Shown: positions 1 to 8,887 of the stretch, piece by piece
How the letters are laid out: every line of letters starts with the position of its first letter
Numbering within the stretch: the first letter of the stretch is position 1
Assembly: GCA_019057865.1 (NCBI GenBank)
Contig: JAHLWP010000003.1
Coordinates: 96,001 to 160,000, forward strand
Length of the DNA stretch: 64,000 nt
From: Promethearchaeota archaeon
Lineage (GTDB): Archaea > Asgardarchaeota > Lokiarchaeia > Sigyniarchaeales > SOKP01
Direction: 5' to 3'
The notes under the pieces: model-generated
Seen by the model: only the letters and a program-made list of their open reading frames with translations
Database searches by the model: none
What the model was told of the DNA's origin: nothing
Translations under genes and position numbers: made by a program

Positions 1-647
1 GCTTTTTCTTTAACTGAAATAATAAAGAAAACTGCCATTACTGTTACTATAAGGCATAAGACTAAACCAGCTGTAACATACATAGATCGAATATCTGCAA
101 TTTCTGCTGGATCAGTAGAAACTGGAACCAATGGATCAATAATAATTGTTGGAACAAGCGAAGCTATTATTACAGCTAACATTGTAAAAATTTTCAAGAA
201 TGTATTAGTTGTTTTTCTCTCTTTATCAGTTCGGAACATCTCGGGAAATATGGCATTTGTATTAACTGAAAACATTGTGTAAAAGAACTCAAATGTAAAT
301 ATTATAAAGATAAAATAAAGGAACTTATTATTCATTGGAACTGTAAATAAAAATAACATAGTAAACCCTAATGGCACAAAAGAAATAATTAAAAAAAACT
401 TACGTTTTCCTAATTTCCCTTTATGTTTAGTTCTTTCACTTAATGCACCTAAAAGAGGGTCATTTATCATATTCCAAATACCCCATAAACTAAATCCAAG
501 CCACATTTCCGTCATAGAGAGTCCTATAACAGCAAAATAAAAAGTGAATACATAAATAGTGAAAGCTTGATAGGATACTTGGTCAGGGAAGGCATTTAGT
601 CCGAAAAGGAGTTTAGTTTTCGTACTTGTATTACGATCTTCACTCAT
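1..647 (-). CDS. MFS transporter, GPH/MelB-like sugar:cation symporter (3' end runs off the window)
   Basis: Not in the ORF track. Manual translation from ATG at 647 gives MSEDRNTSTKTKLLFGLNAFPDQVSYQ...WGIWNMINDPLLGALSERT...NAIFPEMFRTDKER, open to the window edge. NDPLxGxLSxR and PEMF..ER are GPH-family motifs. Confidence 0.85.
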   Translation of the reverse strand, partial: MSEDRNTSTKTKLLFGLNAFPDQVSYQAFTIYVFTFYFAVIGLSMTEMWLGFSLWGIWNMINDPLLGALSERTKHKGKLGKRKFFLIISFVPLGFTMLFLFTVPMNNKFLYFIFIIFTFEFFYTMFSVNTNAIFPEMFRTDKERKTTNTFLKIFTMLAVIIASLVPTIIIDPLVPVSTDPAEIADIRSMYVTAGLVLCLIVTVMAVFFIISVKEK

Positions 648-887
648 ATAATAATCCCTAAAAATTAATTTTTTTTTTTTAATGGTATTAGATTTTGTTT
701 TATTTAAAAGTATTGTTATAATATCCAAAATTCATATTCAACAAAATAGAATAAATTCGAAAAATTATATGAATTCTGCTATGATTTATAGAAGAGTTAA
801 AGAAAATAAGACTAAATTTAATTACTGATGATTAATAACCTAAATTCAGTAAATAATCAAATTTAATTATTAAAGAAGGAACAAAAT

Positions 888-1472
888 ATGGCAGATTTAA
901 ACATTGAAGTTACTTATTTTGAAAATCCTGGAAGAGAAAATACTGATAAAGCCTTAGAAATCGCCAAAAAATATGCTGATCAATTCAATATTAAGGATAT
1001 CATAATGGCGAGCACCACAGGTATGGTTGCGGATAAAGCAATTAAATTATTTAATCCAAATGATTATAATTTAGTCGTAATAACGCACTCATATTATTTT
1101 GTAGGAGTTGAAAAGAGACAAGAATTTCCAGATGAAAAGATTTCTGCTTTAAAGGAAAAAGGTGTTAAAATATTTATTGGAACCCATGCCTTAGCAGGTC
1201 CTGAAAGGAGTATTCGAAGATCTCTAAACCAATGGGGTCCAGTTGAATTAATGGCCAAATATTTAAGAGAACAATTTAGTCAAGGCACGAAAGTGTGTAT
1301 GGAAATTGCTACTATGGCTGTTGATGCAGGAATGATTGATGATCTTGAAAGAGATGTAATCTGTATAGGAGGTACTGGTCGTGGTGCAGATACAGTTTGT
1401 TTAATTAAGCCAGTACCTACTAGTTTATTTAATAAATTACGAGTTAAAGCAATACTATGTAAACCATTATAA
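888..1472 (+). CDS. Pyruvate kinase alpha/beta (PK_C-like) domain protein, archaeal COG1751-like
   Basis: YFENPGRENT, ASTTG, GTKVCMEIATMAVDAG and GGTGRGADT motifs. Confidence 0.8.
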   Translation: MADLNIEVTYFENPGRENTDKALEIAKKYADQFNIKDIIMASTTGMVADKAIKLFNPNDYNLVVITHSYYFVGVEKRQEFPDEKISALKEKGVKIFIGTHALAGPERSIRRSLNQWGPVELMAKYLREQFSQGTKVCMEIATMAVDAGMIDDLERDVICIGGTGRGADTVCLIKPVPTSLFNKLRVKAILCKPL

Positions 1473-1516
1473 TATAATAATCAATAGCCTTTTCTAAAAC
1501 GAATAAAAAAATAATT

Positions 1517-2704
1517 TTAAATTATTTTTAATTTTTTACCGATTTTTTCTATAGCGCTTAAAGCAGTATTTAAATCGTCTTTAGTTAATAACGCATTCAT
1601 TTGGACTCTAATTCTGGAAAGTTCTTTAGCAACCATAGGAAATACAATAGGTGTTCCATATATATTTTCTTCTTCAAATAAAACTCGTGCTAATTCTTGT
1701 GCTTTCCCAGGATCCCCTATAATTAAAGGAATTATTGGAGTTTCTGAATTTCCTGTATTATAACCCATATTTTGGACTTCTTTCTTAAAATAATTCGTAT
1801 GATCCCATACTCTTTTAACATGTTCAGGTTCAGTTTCAACTACTTCAATTGAAGCAATGCAAGCAGCAACTACTCCGGGAGGATGTGCTGTGCTAAGTAA
1901 ATAGGTTCGACTTTTATTTGCACAAAACTCTATTAAATCCTTAGATCCTGCAACTGTCCCTCCAAATACGCCAAAACCTTTGCTCATCGAGCCACCTTCT
2001 ATATGTACTTTACCTTGCAGATTGAAATGGGCTACAATTCCCCGTCCATTTCCCAAAACACCCTCTCCATGACAATCATCAACGAAAATCATTGCTCCAA
2101 ATTCCTCTGCAACTTTTGCGATGTCTCCTAATGGGGCAATATCTCCATCCATTGAAAAGACACCATCAGTTATAATACAAATTCTTCTTGCTCTTTCCTT
2201 CTCAGCTTCCTTTAATTGATTCTCTAAATCTGATGTATCTCTATGTTTATATATTATCCTTTTAGCGCCAGATAATCTAACACCATCAATAATAGATCCA
2301 TGGTTTAATTCATCTGAGACTACGATATCTGGTTTTCCAACTAACATAGGTATTAATCCTGAATTGACGGCATATCCTGTTTGACATAATAATGATGCTT
2401 CTACTTCTTTGAATTTAGCAAATTTCTCTTGAAATATTTTGGTTAAATCAAATGAGCCAGCAATAACGGGGACAGCTCCAGCTCCAGCACCATATTTTCT
2501 CGTTGCATCAATAGCGGCTTGTATTACTTTTGGATGCGATGCTAGTCCAAGGTAATTATTTGTATTTAACATTAATACTTTTTTTCCATCCACTACGGAA
2601 TGGGGTTTTGAACCCTCCTCAAGATATCTAATAATCCATTCAAGATTTTTATTTCTTAAGTCCTTCATCTCTTCTTTTAGAAATGCTACTGGATCTCTTT
2701 TCAT
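1517..2704 (-). CDS. kbl: Glycine C-acetyltransferase (2-amino-3-ketobutyrate CoA ligase), PLP-dependent
   Basis: NNYLGL, SDELNHGSIIDG, DGVFSMDGD, VDDCHG and SMSKG (PLP Lys) motifs, plus RIRVQ; divergent from tdh. Confidence 0.85.
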   Translation of the reverse strand: MKRDPVAFLKEEMKDLRNKNLEWIIRYLEEGSKPHSVVDGKKVLMLNTNNYLGLASHPKVIQAAIDATRKYGAGAGAVPVIAGSFDLTKIFQEKFAKFKEVEASLLCQTGYAVNSGLIPMLVGKPDIVVSDELNHGSIIDGVRLSGAKRIIYKHRDTSDLENQLKEAEKERARRICIITDGVFSMDGDIAPLGDIAKVAEEFGAMIFVDDCHGEGVLGNGRGIVAHFNLQGKVHIEGGSMSKGFGVFGGTVAGSKDLIEFCANKSRTYLLSTAHPPGVVAACIASIEVVETEPEHVKRVWDHTNYFKKEVQNMGYNTGNSETPIIPLIIGDPGKAQELARVLFEEENIYGTPIVFPMVAKELSRIRVQMNALLTKDDLNTALSAIEKIGKKLKII

Positions 2705-2891
2705 TTAATCACCATATTATAATTTGATATTATTTAAAATGTATTAATTAAACCGTTATAGTCTTATATATTTTTTATTAAATAAAGTTTTATCAATATC
2801 AAATTAAGAATGATTTCTATAAAAATAAAGTCATAAAACTTTTTTATTTGACTATACTATGAATAATACTAAATGCTTTTAAATTAAGAGA

Positions 2892-3845
2892 ATGATAAAA
2901 ATGAGAAGAATTCTTGTAATTGGTTCATGTGGTCAAATTGGCAGTGAATTAGTACCCGCACTTAGAGAGAAATATGGAAATGATAATATAATAGCTACGG
3001 GACGTCGCACACCTCCGCCAAAAGAACTCAAGGAAGGTGGACCATTTATCTATTTAGACGCATTAGAAATAGATGCCCTTAAAAGAGTTTTCTATGAATA
3101 TGAGATAGATACAATCTTTCATATGGCCTCAATTCTTTCAGCCACAGGAGAAAAAATACCTCAAACTGCTTGGGATATAAACATGAATGGATTAATTAAT
3201 ATTCTCGAAACAAGTAGAAATTATAAAATAAAAAATATAATTTGGCCAAGTTCAATTGCAGCATTTGGACCTACTACTCCAAGAGATAATACACCAAATA
3301 TTACTATATTACAGCCCACAACTATGTATGGGATAACTAAAGTTGCTGGGGAGCTCTTAGCAGAATATTATTACAAAAAATATGGGCTTGATACTCGTTC
3401 AATGAGGTTACCTGGTATAATTAGTAGTGAGACACTTCCCAGTGGAGGTACAACCGATTATGCTGTTGAGATTTTTTATGAAGCCATTAAGAAAAAGCAA
3501 TATAGTTGTTTTTTAAAAGAAGATACAGTCTTACCTATGATGTATATGCCAGACTGCCTTAAATGTATGATTGATCTCTTAGAAGCAGAAGCTTCAAAGT
3601 TAAAACGTCGAGTATATAATGTTACAGGGATGAGTTTCTCAGCAGGTGAATTAGCGTTTGAAATAAAAAGGCATATTCCTGAATTTAAAATAGAATATAA
3701 ACCTGATTTTAGACAAGAAATTGCGGATTCCTGGCCAAAATCAATTAATGATTCCCTAGCCCGTGAAGAATGGGGTTGGAATCCTAGTTTTAATCTTGCA
3801 TCAATGACGAAGGATATGATTGAGAAATTAAGTAGAAGAATGTAA
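2892..3845 (+). CDS. tdh: L-threonine 3-dehydrogenase, extended SDR type
   Basis: GSCGQIG, LSATGE, PSSIAAFG, YGITK, GGTTDYAV, LPMMYMPD and IADSWP motifs; adjacent to kbl. Confidence 0.85.
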   Translation: MIKMRRILVIGSCGQIGSELVPALREKYGNDNIIATGRRTPPPKELKEGGPFIYLDALEIDALKRVFYEYEIDTIFHMASILSATGEKIPQTAWDINMNGLINILETSRNYKIKNIIWPSSIAAFGPTTPRDNTPNITILQPTTMYGITKVAGELLAEYYYKKYGLDTRSMRLPGIISSETLPSGGTTDYAVEIFYEAIKKKQYSCFLKEDTVLPMMYMPDCLKCMIDLLEAEASKLKRRVYNVTGMSFSAGELAFEIKRHIPEFKIEYKPDFRQEIADSWPKSINDSLAREEWGWNPSFNLASMTKDMIEKLSRRM

Positions 3846-3864
3846 ATAAGAAATTCTTATTTTA

Positions 3865-4959
3865 TTATTTCTTTCTTAATTGTTGTTTCTTATTCATGAT
3901 TTGTGAATAGAGATCTTCCATTGTAGAAGGAGGTATCATTTCTTCCTCTTTCTTTTTGAGCTGAATTGCTCCTTCTGGACAAGTAGGAACACATGCTCCA
4001 CAACCAATGCATCGTTTTAAGATGACTTTTGCTAGATTATCAACAAGTTTTATAGCATTTGTCTGGCATCGTTCAACACAAGTTCCACACCCTGCACATA
4101 AATCAGGATTAATTTCAGATTGGAAATTGCTTGGAATGATCCTAGCCGGACGTGGAAGCATTTGTAGTTTTGTTAAAATTATACAACAACAGCCACAACA
4201 AGTACATATAAATTCTGGATTTTTGGTATTTCCTGATTGTAGAACTAAACCATCATTCACGGCTTTTTGTAATATTTCTAAAGCTTCTTCTTTATTTATA
4301 GAGCGTGCCCACTCTTCATTTATAAATAATTGCCCTATTGTTCCAAAATATAAACAACTCTCTCTTAGTGATGTTTTTTTGCATGGTTGACTCATAAGAT
4401 CTTTTGCTTGACGACAGAGACAATTTGCTACACCAATAGGTTCCTCAGAGTTCTCAATTACTTGCCTTATTTCATCATAATTTGCTATACGTTGTTCAGG
4501 CGCAATACTCTGCTCTATAGGTATAGTACGAAACTGTGATATTTTTGTACCTAATAATTCAGCACCAAATGTAGTTACCAAATACTCCTCAAAAGCTTCT
4601 AAGAATTCTAGTGTAACTTTATCTACTTGATATTCATAAATTCCAACTACAAGTGGAATATTAGCATAGAGTCTTTTACCATCCTCTTTTTTATATTTTA
4701 TTAAACCTTTTTTAATCATACTATCAAGAGTTTGCTCTAAATATTCAATTGATATTTCCCCATCATTAAAACGACTGTAAATATTCTCGAGTGTATCATA
4801 ATCCCAACTTAATTTTGTTGCTATGAATGCTTCTTTTTCTGTAAAAAGATGTTTCAACATTCTTAATTCAACACCAGACATTGATGCAGGAAATCCTATA
4901 GGGAATTGATCTAAGTGTTTTTGCAATTCTTGATATATATCCTGTTCTGTATCTGTCAT
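3865..4959 (-). CDS. 4Fe-4S ferredoxin-domain protein with N-terminal winged-helix-like region
   Basis: CLCR and ICTCCGCCC clusters plus two CxxCxxCxxxC motifs; paralog of 42713..43855. Confidence 0.8.
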   Translation of the reverse strand: MTDTEQDIYQELQKHLDQFPIGFPASMSGVELRMLKHLFTEKEAFIATKLSWDYDTLENIYSRFNDGEISIEYLEQTLDSMIKKGLIKYKKEDGKRLYANIPLVVGIYEYQVDKVTLEFLEAFEEYLVTTFGAELLGTKISQFRTIPIEQSIAPEQRIANYDEIRQVIENSEEPIGVANCLCRQAKDLMSQPCKKTSLRESCLYFGTIGQLFINEEWARSINKEEALEILQKAVNDGLVLQSGNTKNPEFICTCCGCCCIILTKLQMLPRPARIIPSNFQSEINPDLCAGCGTCVERCQTNAIKLVDNLAKVILKRCIGCGACVPTCPEGAIQLKKKEEEMIPPSTMEDLYSQIMNKKQQLRKK

Positions 4960-5112
4960 CTTTTTCTTTCGAAAATGCCATTCAAATTTAAAAAAATAGT
5001 TAAAATAATATTCTTCATATACTTTTTTAAATGTAATTATAAATCATGGTAATTTCTAATTTTTAATCATAATTGTCAATGTTATAAACTATTAATCAAG
5101 GAGGTATACAGA

Positions 5113-5883
5113 ATGAAAATTATATTCCATGAGAGATATTACAATTCAGAATATGCTTGGGATCCTGCTGCTTCTTCTGGACGTTTAGAGGGTATAATGG
5201 ATATTCTATCAAAAAATAAAGAATATGAAATAATAATGCCCAAACCCGCAACCGAGAAAGATATTTTGAGGGCTCATACTAATAGGCATGTCCAAGGTAT
5301 AAAAAAAGATGGATTATTATTTGAACTAGCTTCTCTTGCGGCAGGTGGAGCAATATTAGCGGCAAAAGAAGGATATAATGGGAATCCAACTTTTGCGGTT
5401 ATAAGACCCCCTGGTCACCATGCTTCAGCTGATTCATGCTGGGGTTTTTGTTATTTTAATAATATTAGTATAAGCTTATTAAAGCTCTATTCGGAGGGTA
5501 AAATAAAATCAGCATTTATTTTGGATTTCGACCTTCATACGGGGGACGGGAATATAAATATCTTGACAAACAGAGACGATGATTTCAGAGTTAAAATTCT
5601 TAATCCATATTCTAGTGGTAGAACTGGTTATTTAAAAGAAGTAAAAGCATATACGCAAGATTTGCATGATATTGATATTTTTGTAGCGAGTGCAGGATTC
5701 GATCAAGGAATAGAAGATTGGGGAAATCTTTTATACCCAGAAGATTACTTTGAATTAGGAAGTTTAATGAAGAAATACTCTGAAAAATTATGTGAAGGAA
5801 GACGGTATGCCTTATTAGAAGGTGGATATAATCATAGCGTACTGCCTAAAAATGTAGATTCATTTTGCCAAGGTTTCAAATAA
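5113..5883 (+). CDS. Histone deacetylase-family (Zn-dependent) amidohydrolase
   Basis: RPPGHHA, GFCYFNN, DFDLHTGDG, SAGFD and LEGGY motifs. Confidence 0.9.
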   Translation: MKIIFHERYYNSEYAWDPAASSGRLEGIMDILSKNKEYEIIMPKPATEKDILRAHTNRHVQGIKKDGLLFELASLAAGGAILAAKEGYNGNPTFAVIRPPGHHASADSCWGFCYFNNISISLLKLYSEGKIKSAFILDFDLHTGDGNINILTNRDDDFRVKILNPYSSGRTGYLKEVKAYTQDLHDIDIFVASAGFDQGIEDWGNLLYPEDYFELGSLMKKYSEKLCEGRRYALLEGGYNHSVLPKNVDSFCQGFK

Positions 5884-5928
5884 ATCATAAGAAGTAAAAT
5901 ATGAAAAGAATTATAAAATTAAAAATAA

Positions 5929-7053
5929 TTAGCCTTTGAAATAATTCAAGACTTTTTTCATACAACTAAATGAGCTTTTAATTTTCGACATATCAGCTAA
6001 ATACGTTGTATTATAAAATACGATATGTTTTAAGCCTACTTTAGCATATTCTTCAATTTTGCTTATTATTTCATCAGGAGTTCCATGCATTATATTATCA
6101 TCACACATTTTTTTTGGTATTTTATTAATTGCTTCTAAAACAGTTTCTCGATCGTATCGTGTTGGGATATAATCGAGCAATCCATAAAAATCTTCCCCAA
6201 AAGGATGTGTAATACCATATTCTTTAAAAACCGCGTTTGGGAAGGTTAATAAATTATTTTTTATAACAGGAGTCTCTATTAAATCATCACATAAATTATG
6301 ATCTTCATCAATAACTAAATAATTCCAAAGACCAGGAGTTATATCATCTGGGTTTCTCCCCGCTTTTTTTGCAGAATTTCGAATATGGTCCAATCTAAGC
6401 TTATAAGAAGGAGGATCAGAATATGCAGGTAACCATCCATCTCCTAATCTCCCCGTTATGTCAAGCATTTTTGGTCCATGAGCTGCAATCCATATAGGAG
6501 GGTATATTCCTTCCTTGTAAGGTTTTATTGTGAGAACAGCATCCTTTATTTTCCAAAACGCTCCATCATAACTCACTTTTTTATAATTTTCCCACAATAA
6601 CCTTATAATTTTAATAGCTTCTTCTAATCTACTAACGGGCTTATCCCATTTAATACCGTAAGGGATTACATTTTCTCCTTCTCCTGCTCCTATGCCTAAA
6701 ATTACTCTACCTTTAGAGATTCGATCTTGAGTTAATAATGTTTGAGCTAGAACTGCAGGATGTCTTCTAAAAGTTTCGGTAACGCTTGTGCCTAATATTA
6801 TCCTGTTAGTATTCCATGCTGCAACAGCCATTATAGAATATACTTCATGAAAAAAATGGGGATCTTCTTGAAAAGCTGCTGCTTTAATAAGATCTGGAGT
6901 CCAAATTGATTCAGGAGTCCAACCCATTATATGATCAGCCATCCAGATCGAATCATAACCAATTTCTTCAATCCTTTTTATGCCTTCAATTCCCTTATCA
7001 ATCGGTCCAACAAAACTGCCTTCCGTTCCTATTTTTATATCGCTAATGTCCAT
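5929..7053 (-). CDS. LLM-class (luciferase-like, probably F420-dependent) oxidoreductase
   Basis: GYDSIWMADH, RRHPAVLAQ, GRVILGIGAGE and PPIWIAAHGPKML...DGW motifs. Confidence 0.88.
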   Translation of the reverse strand: MDISDIKIGTEGSFVGPIDKGIEGIKRIEEIGYDSIWMADHIMGWTPESIWTPDLIKAAAFQEDPHFFHEVYSIMAVAAWNTNRIILGTSVTETFRRHPAVLAQTLLTQDRISKGRVILGIGAGEGENVIPYGIKWDKPVSRLEEAIKIIRLLWENYKKVSYDGAFWKIKDAVLTIKPYKEGIYPPIWIAAHGPKMLDITGRLGDGWLPAYSDPPSYKLRLDHIRNSAKKAGRNPDDITPGLWNYLVIDEDHNLCDDLIETPVIKNNLLTFPNAVFKEYGITHPFGEDFYGLLDYIPTRYDRETVLEAINKIPKKMCDDNIMHGTPDEIISKIEEYAKVGLKHIVFYNTTYLADMSKIKSSFSCMKKVLNYFKG

Positions 7054-7213
7054 ATAATCACAATTTATAACAATAGTTATCTCATTTAAAATCTATTTAT
7101 AACAATAATTAAATTAGGTCTAAAATTTTAATATAACTTTTGGTTTTCTTAAATATACAATTAAGGCAAACAGTTTAATTGAAGTTTATAAAATATTGTA
7201 AATTTAATAAATT

Positions 7214-8251
7214 ATGAGATTTAGTTTTCATATTCCTGTGCCAACTCCTCGTCTTGAATATATGTTCGAAGGAACAAAAAGGGCTGAGGAATGTGGTTTT
7301 TTTGGAATTTTTTATGCAGATCACACAGCAATGTTGCCTCCAGGACCAGGAACTTGTTATGATGCATATTGCTTTTTATCATCTTTAGCAATGATAACAA
7401 AAAAACTTAAATTATGTACTGGTGTTTCTGATTGTCATCGCTTTCACCCAGCATTAATGGCACATAAAGTAGCTACTTTAGATCAAATTTCTAATGGAAG
7501 AGGTATGATAGGGCTCGGAGCAGGTGAAGCAATGAATATTGATATGTATGGATTAAATAGAAAGAGATCTGTTTCAAAATTACGGGAATATATTATCTTA
7601 ATGAGAAAATTTTGGACTAAAAAAAGAATTAACAAAAAAAGTGAATTCTGGGGGGAAATAAAAAATGCTTATATTCAAATAAAACCAGTTCAGAAGAATC
7701 CACCGATTTATGTTGCTGCTAATGGTCCAAAAACTCGTCAATTAACTGGAGAATTAGCAGATGGATGGTATCCGCTTTACCAACCACCATGGCTCTATAA
7801 GAAAAATTACAGAGAAGTCTTTAATGCAGCAAAAAAGGCTGGTCGGGATCCCTCTGAAATTGATTATGTATATGATTGTTTTGTAGCAATAGATGACAAT
7901 GATCCTGATAATGCAATAAAAAGATGTGAATTCTTTAAAACTTCTTATTTGTTAAATTCTTGGATTACAAATGAAGCATATCCAAATTTAAATCTACCTG
8001 AAAATTTTAATGTTCATGATTATGATATGAGTAGTAATATCACATCAGATTATCTAAATAACTTAAATCGATTACCTGAAACTATTATCCAGGATTTTAA
8101 CTGTTTAGGTACAACAGACGATGTTATTTCAAATATAGAAAAATATAAAGAAGCTGGAGCCACACACATTAGTATAATGAATAGAGGACCTGACCCTAAC
8201 AAAGTTTACGAAATTTTTCGAGATAAAATTATCCCCTATTTTAAAGAATAA
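7214..8251 (+). CDS. LLM-class (luciferase-like, probably F420-dependent) oxidoreductase
   Basis: YADH, RFHPALMA, TLDQISNGR, GLGAGE and PPIYVAANGPKT...ADGW motifs; divergent paralog of the neighbour. Confidence 0.88.
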   Translation: MRFSFHIPVPTPRLEYMFEGTKRAEECGFFGIFYADHTAMLPPGPGTCYDAYCFLSSLAMITKKLKLCTGVSDCHRFHPALMAHKVATLDQISNGRGMIGLGAGEAMNIDMYGLNRKRSVSKLREYIILMRKFWTKKRINKKSEFWGEIKNAYIQIKPVQKNPPIYVAANGPKTRQLTGELADGWYPLYQPPWLYKKNYREVFNAAKKAGRDPSEIDYVYDCFVAIDDNDPDNAIKRCEFFKTSYLLNSWITNEAYPNLNLPENFNVHDYDMSSNITSDYLNNLNRLPETIIQDFNCLGTTDDVISNIEKYKEAGATHISIMNRGPDPNKVYEIFRDKIIPYFKE

Positions 8252-8268
8252 TAGAAATAATATTATTT

Positions 8269-8811
8269 TTAATTTTTTTTTTCTTTCCATTCTTCATTCA
8301 ATATACCCATAATGATTAGATCATGGTATTCTCCATTAATAAAATGTGCTTTTCTTTTTCGACCTTCTTCTATGAAACCTACTTTTTTATATAATTTTAT
8401 GGCAGGGATATTAAAATCATAAACACTTAACTGGAGCCTATTAAGATTTAGAGTATTAAAACCATAATTAATTAATAATTCCATCGCTTCTGTACCATAA
8501 CCTTTACTTTGTTCTGATTTTTCCCCGATCATTATACCGCATTCTCCCACTCTATTTTTCCAATCGATCTTGTGGATTCCGCAATTTCCTATGAGTTTTT
8601 CTGTTTTATCATTTAATGGAATGAGAATAGAGAAAAGAATGTCATTCTCTCTCTCTTTTAATGATTCAAACCATTCTTCTTCCATTTCTTTAGTCATAGG
8701 TCTAAATACTAGTAAGTATTGAGTTATTTCTGGATCATTTATCCATTTAAGAAAGGTATCTATGTATTCTCTTCTAGGTGGAGCAAGAATAACTTTTTTT
8801 CCTTTCAACAT
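8269..8811 (-). CDS. GNAT N-acetyltransferase, RimJ/RimL/SpeG-like
   Basis: GECGIMIGEK..QSKGYGTEAM, LNLNRLQLSV..FN..AIKLYKKVGF.EEG. Confidence 0.88.
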   Translation of the reverse strand: MLKGKKVILAPPRREYIDTFLKWINDPEITQYLLVFRPMTKEMEEEWFESLKERENDILFSILIPLNDKTEKLIGNCGIHKIDWKNRVGECGIMIGEKSEQSKGYGTEAMELLINYGFNTLNLNRLQLSVYDFNIPAIKLYKKVGFIEEGRKRKAHFINGEYHDLIIMGILNEEWKEKKN

Positions 8812-8887
8812 ACAAAATTCTAATACAACTATAGAAAAAAATTTTATGCAATTATTAAAGAATGCAATAAAAAAGAAGAAAAGAAAT

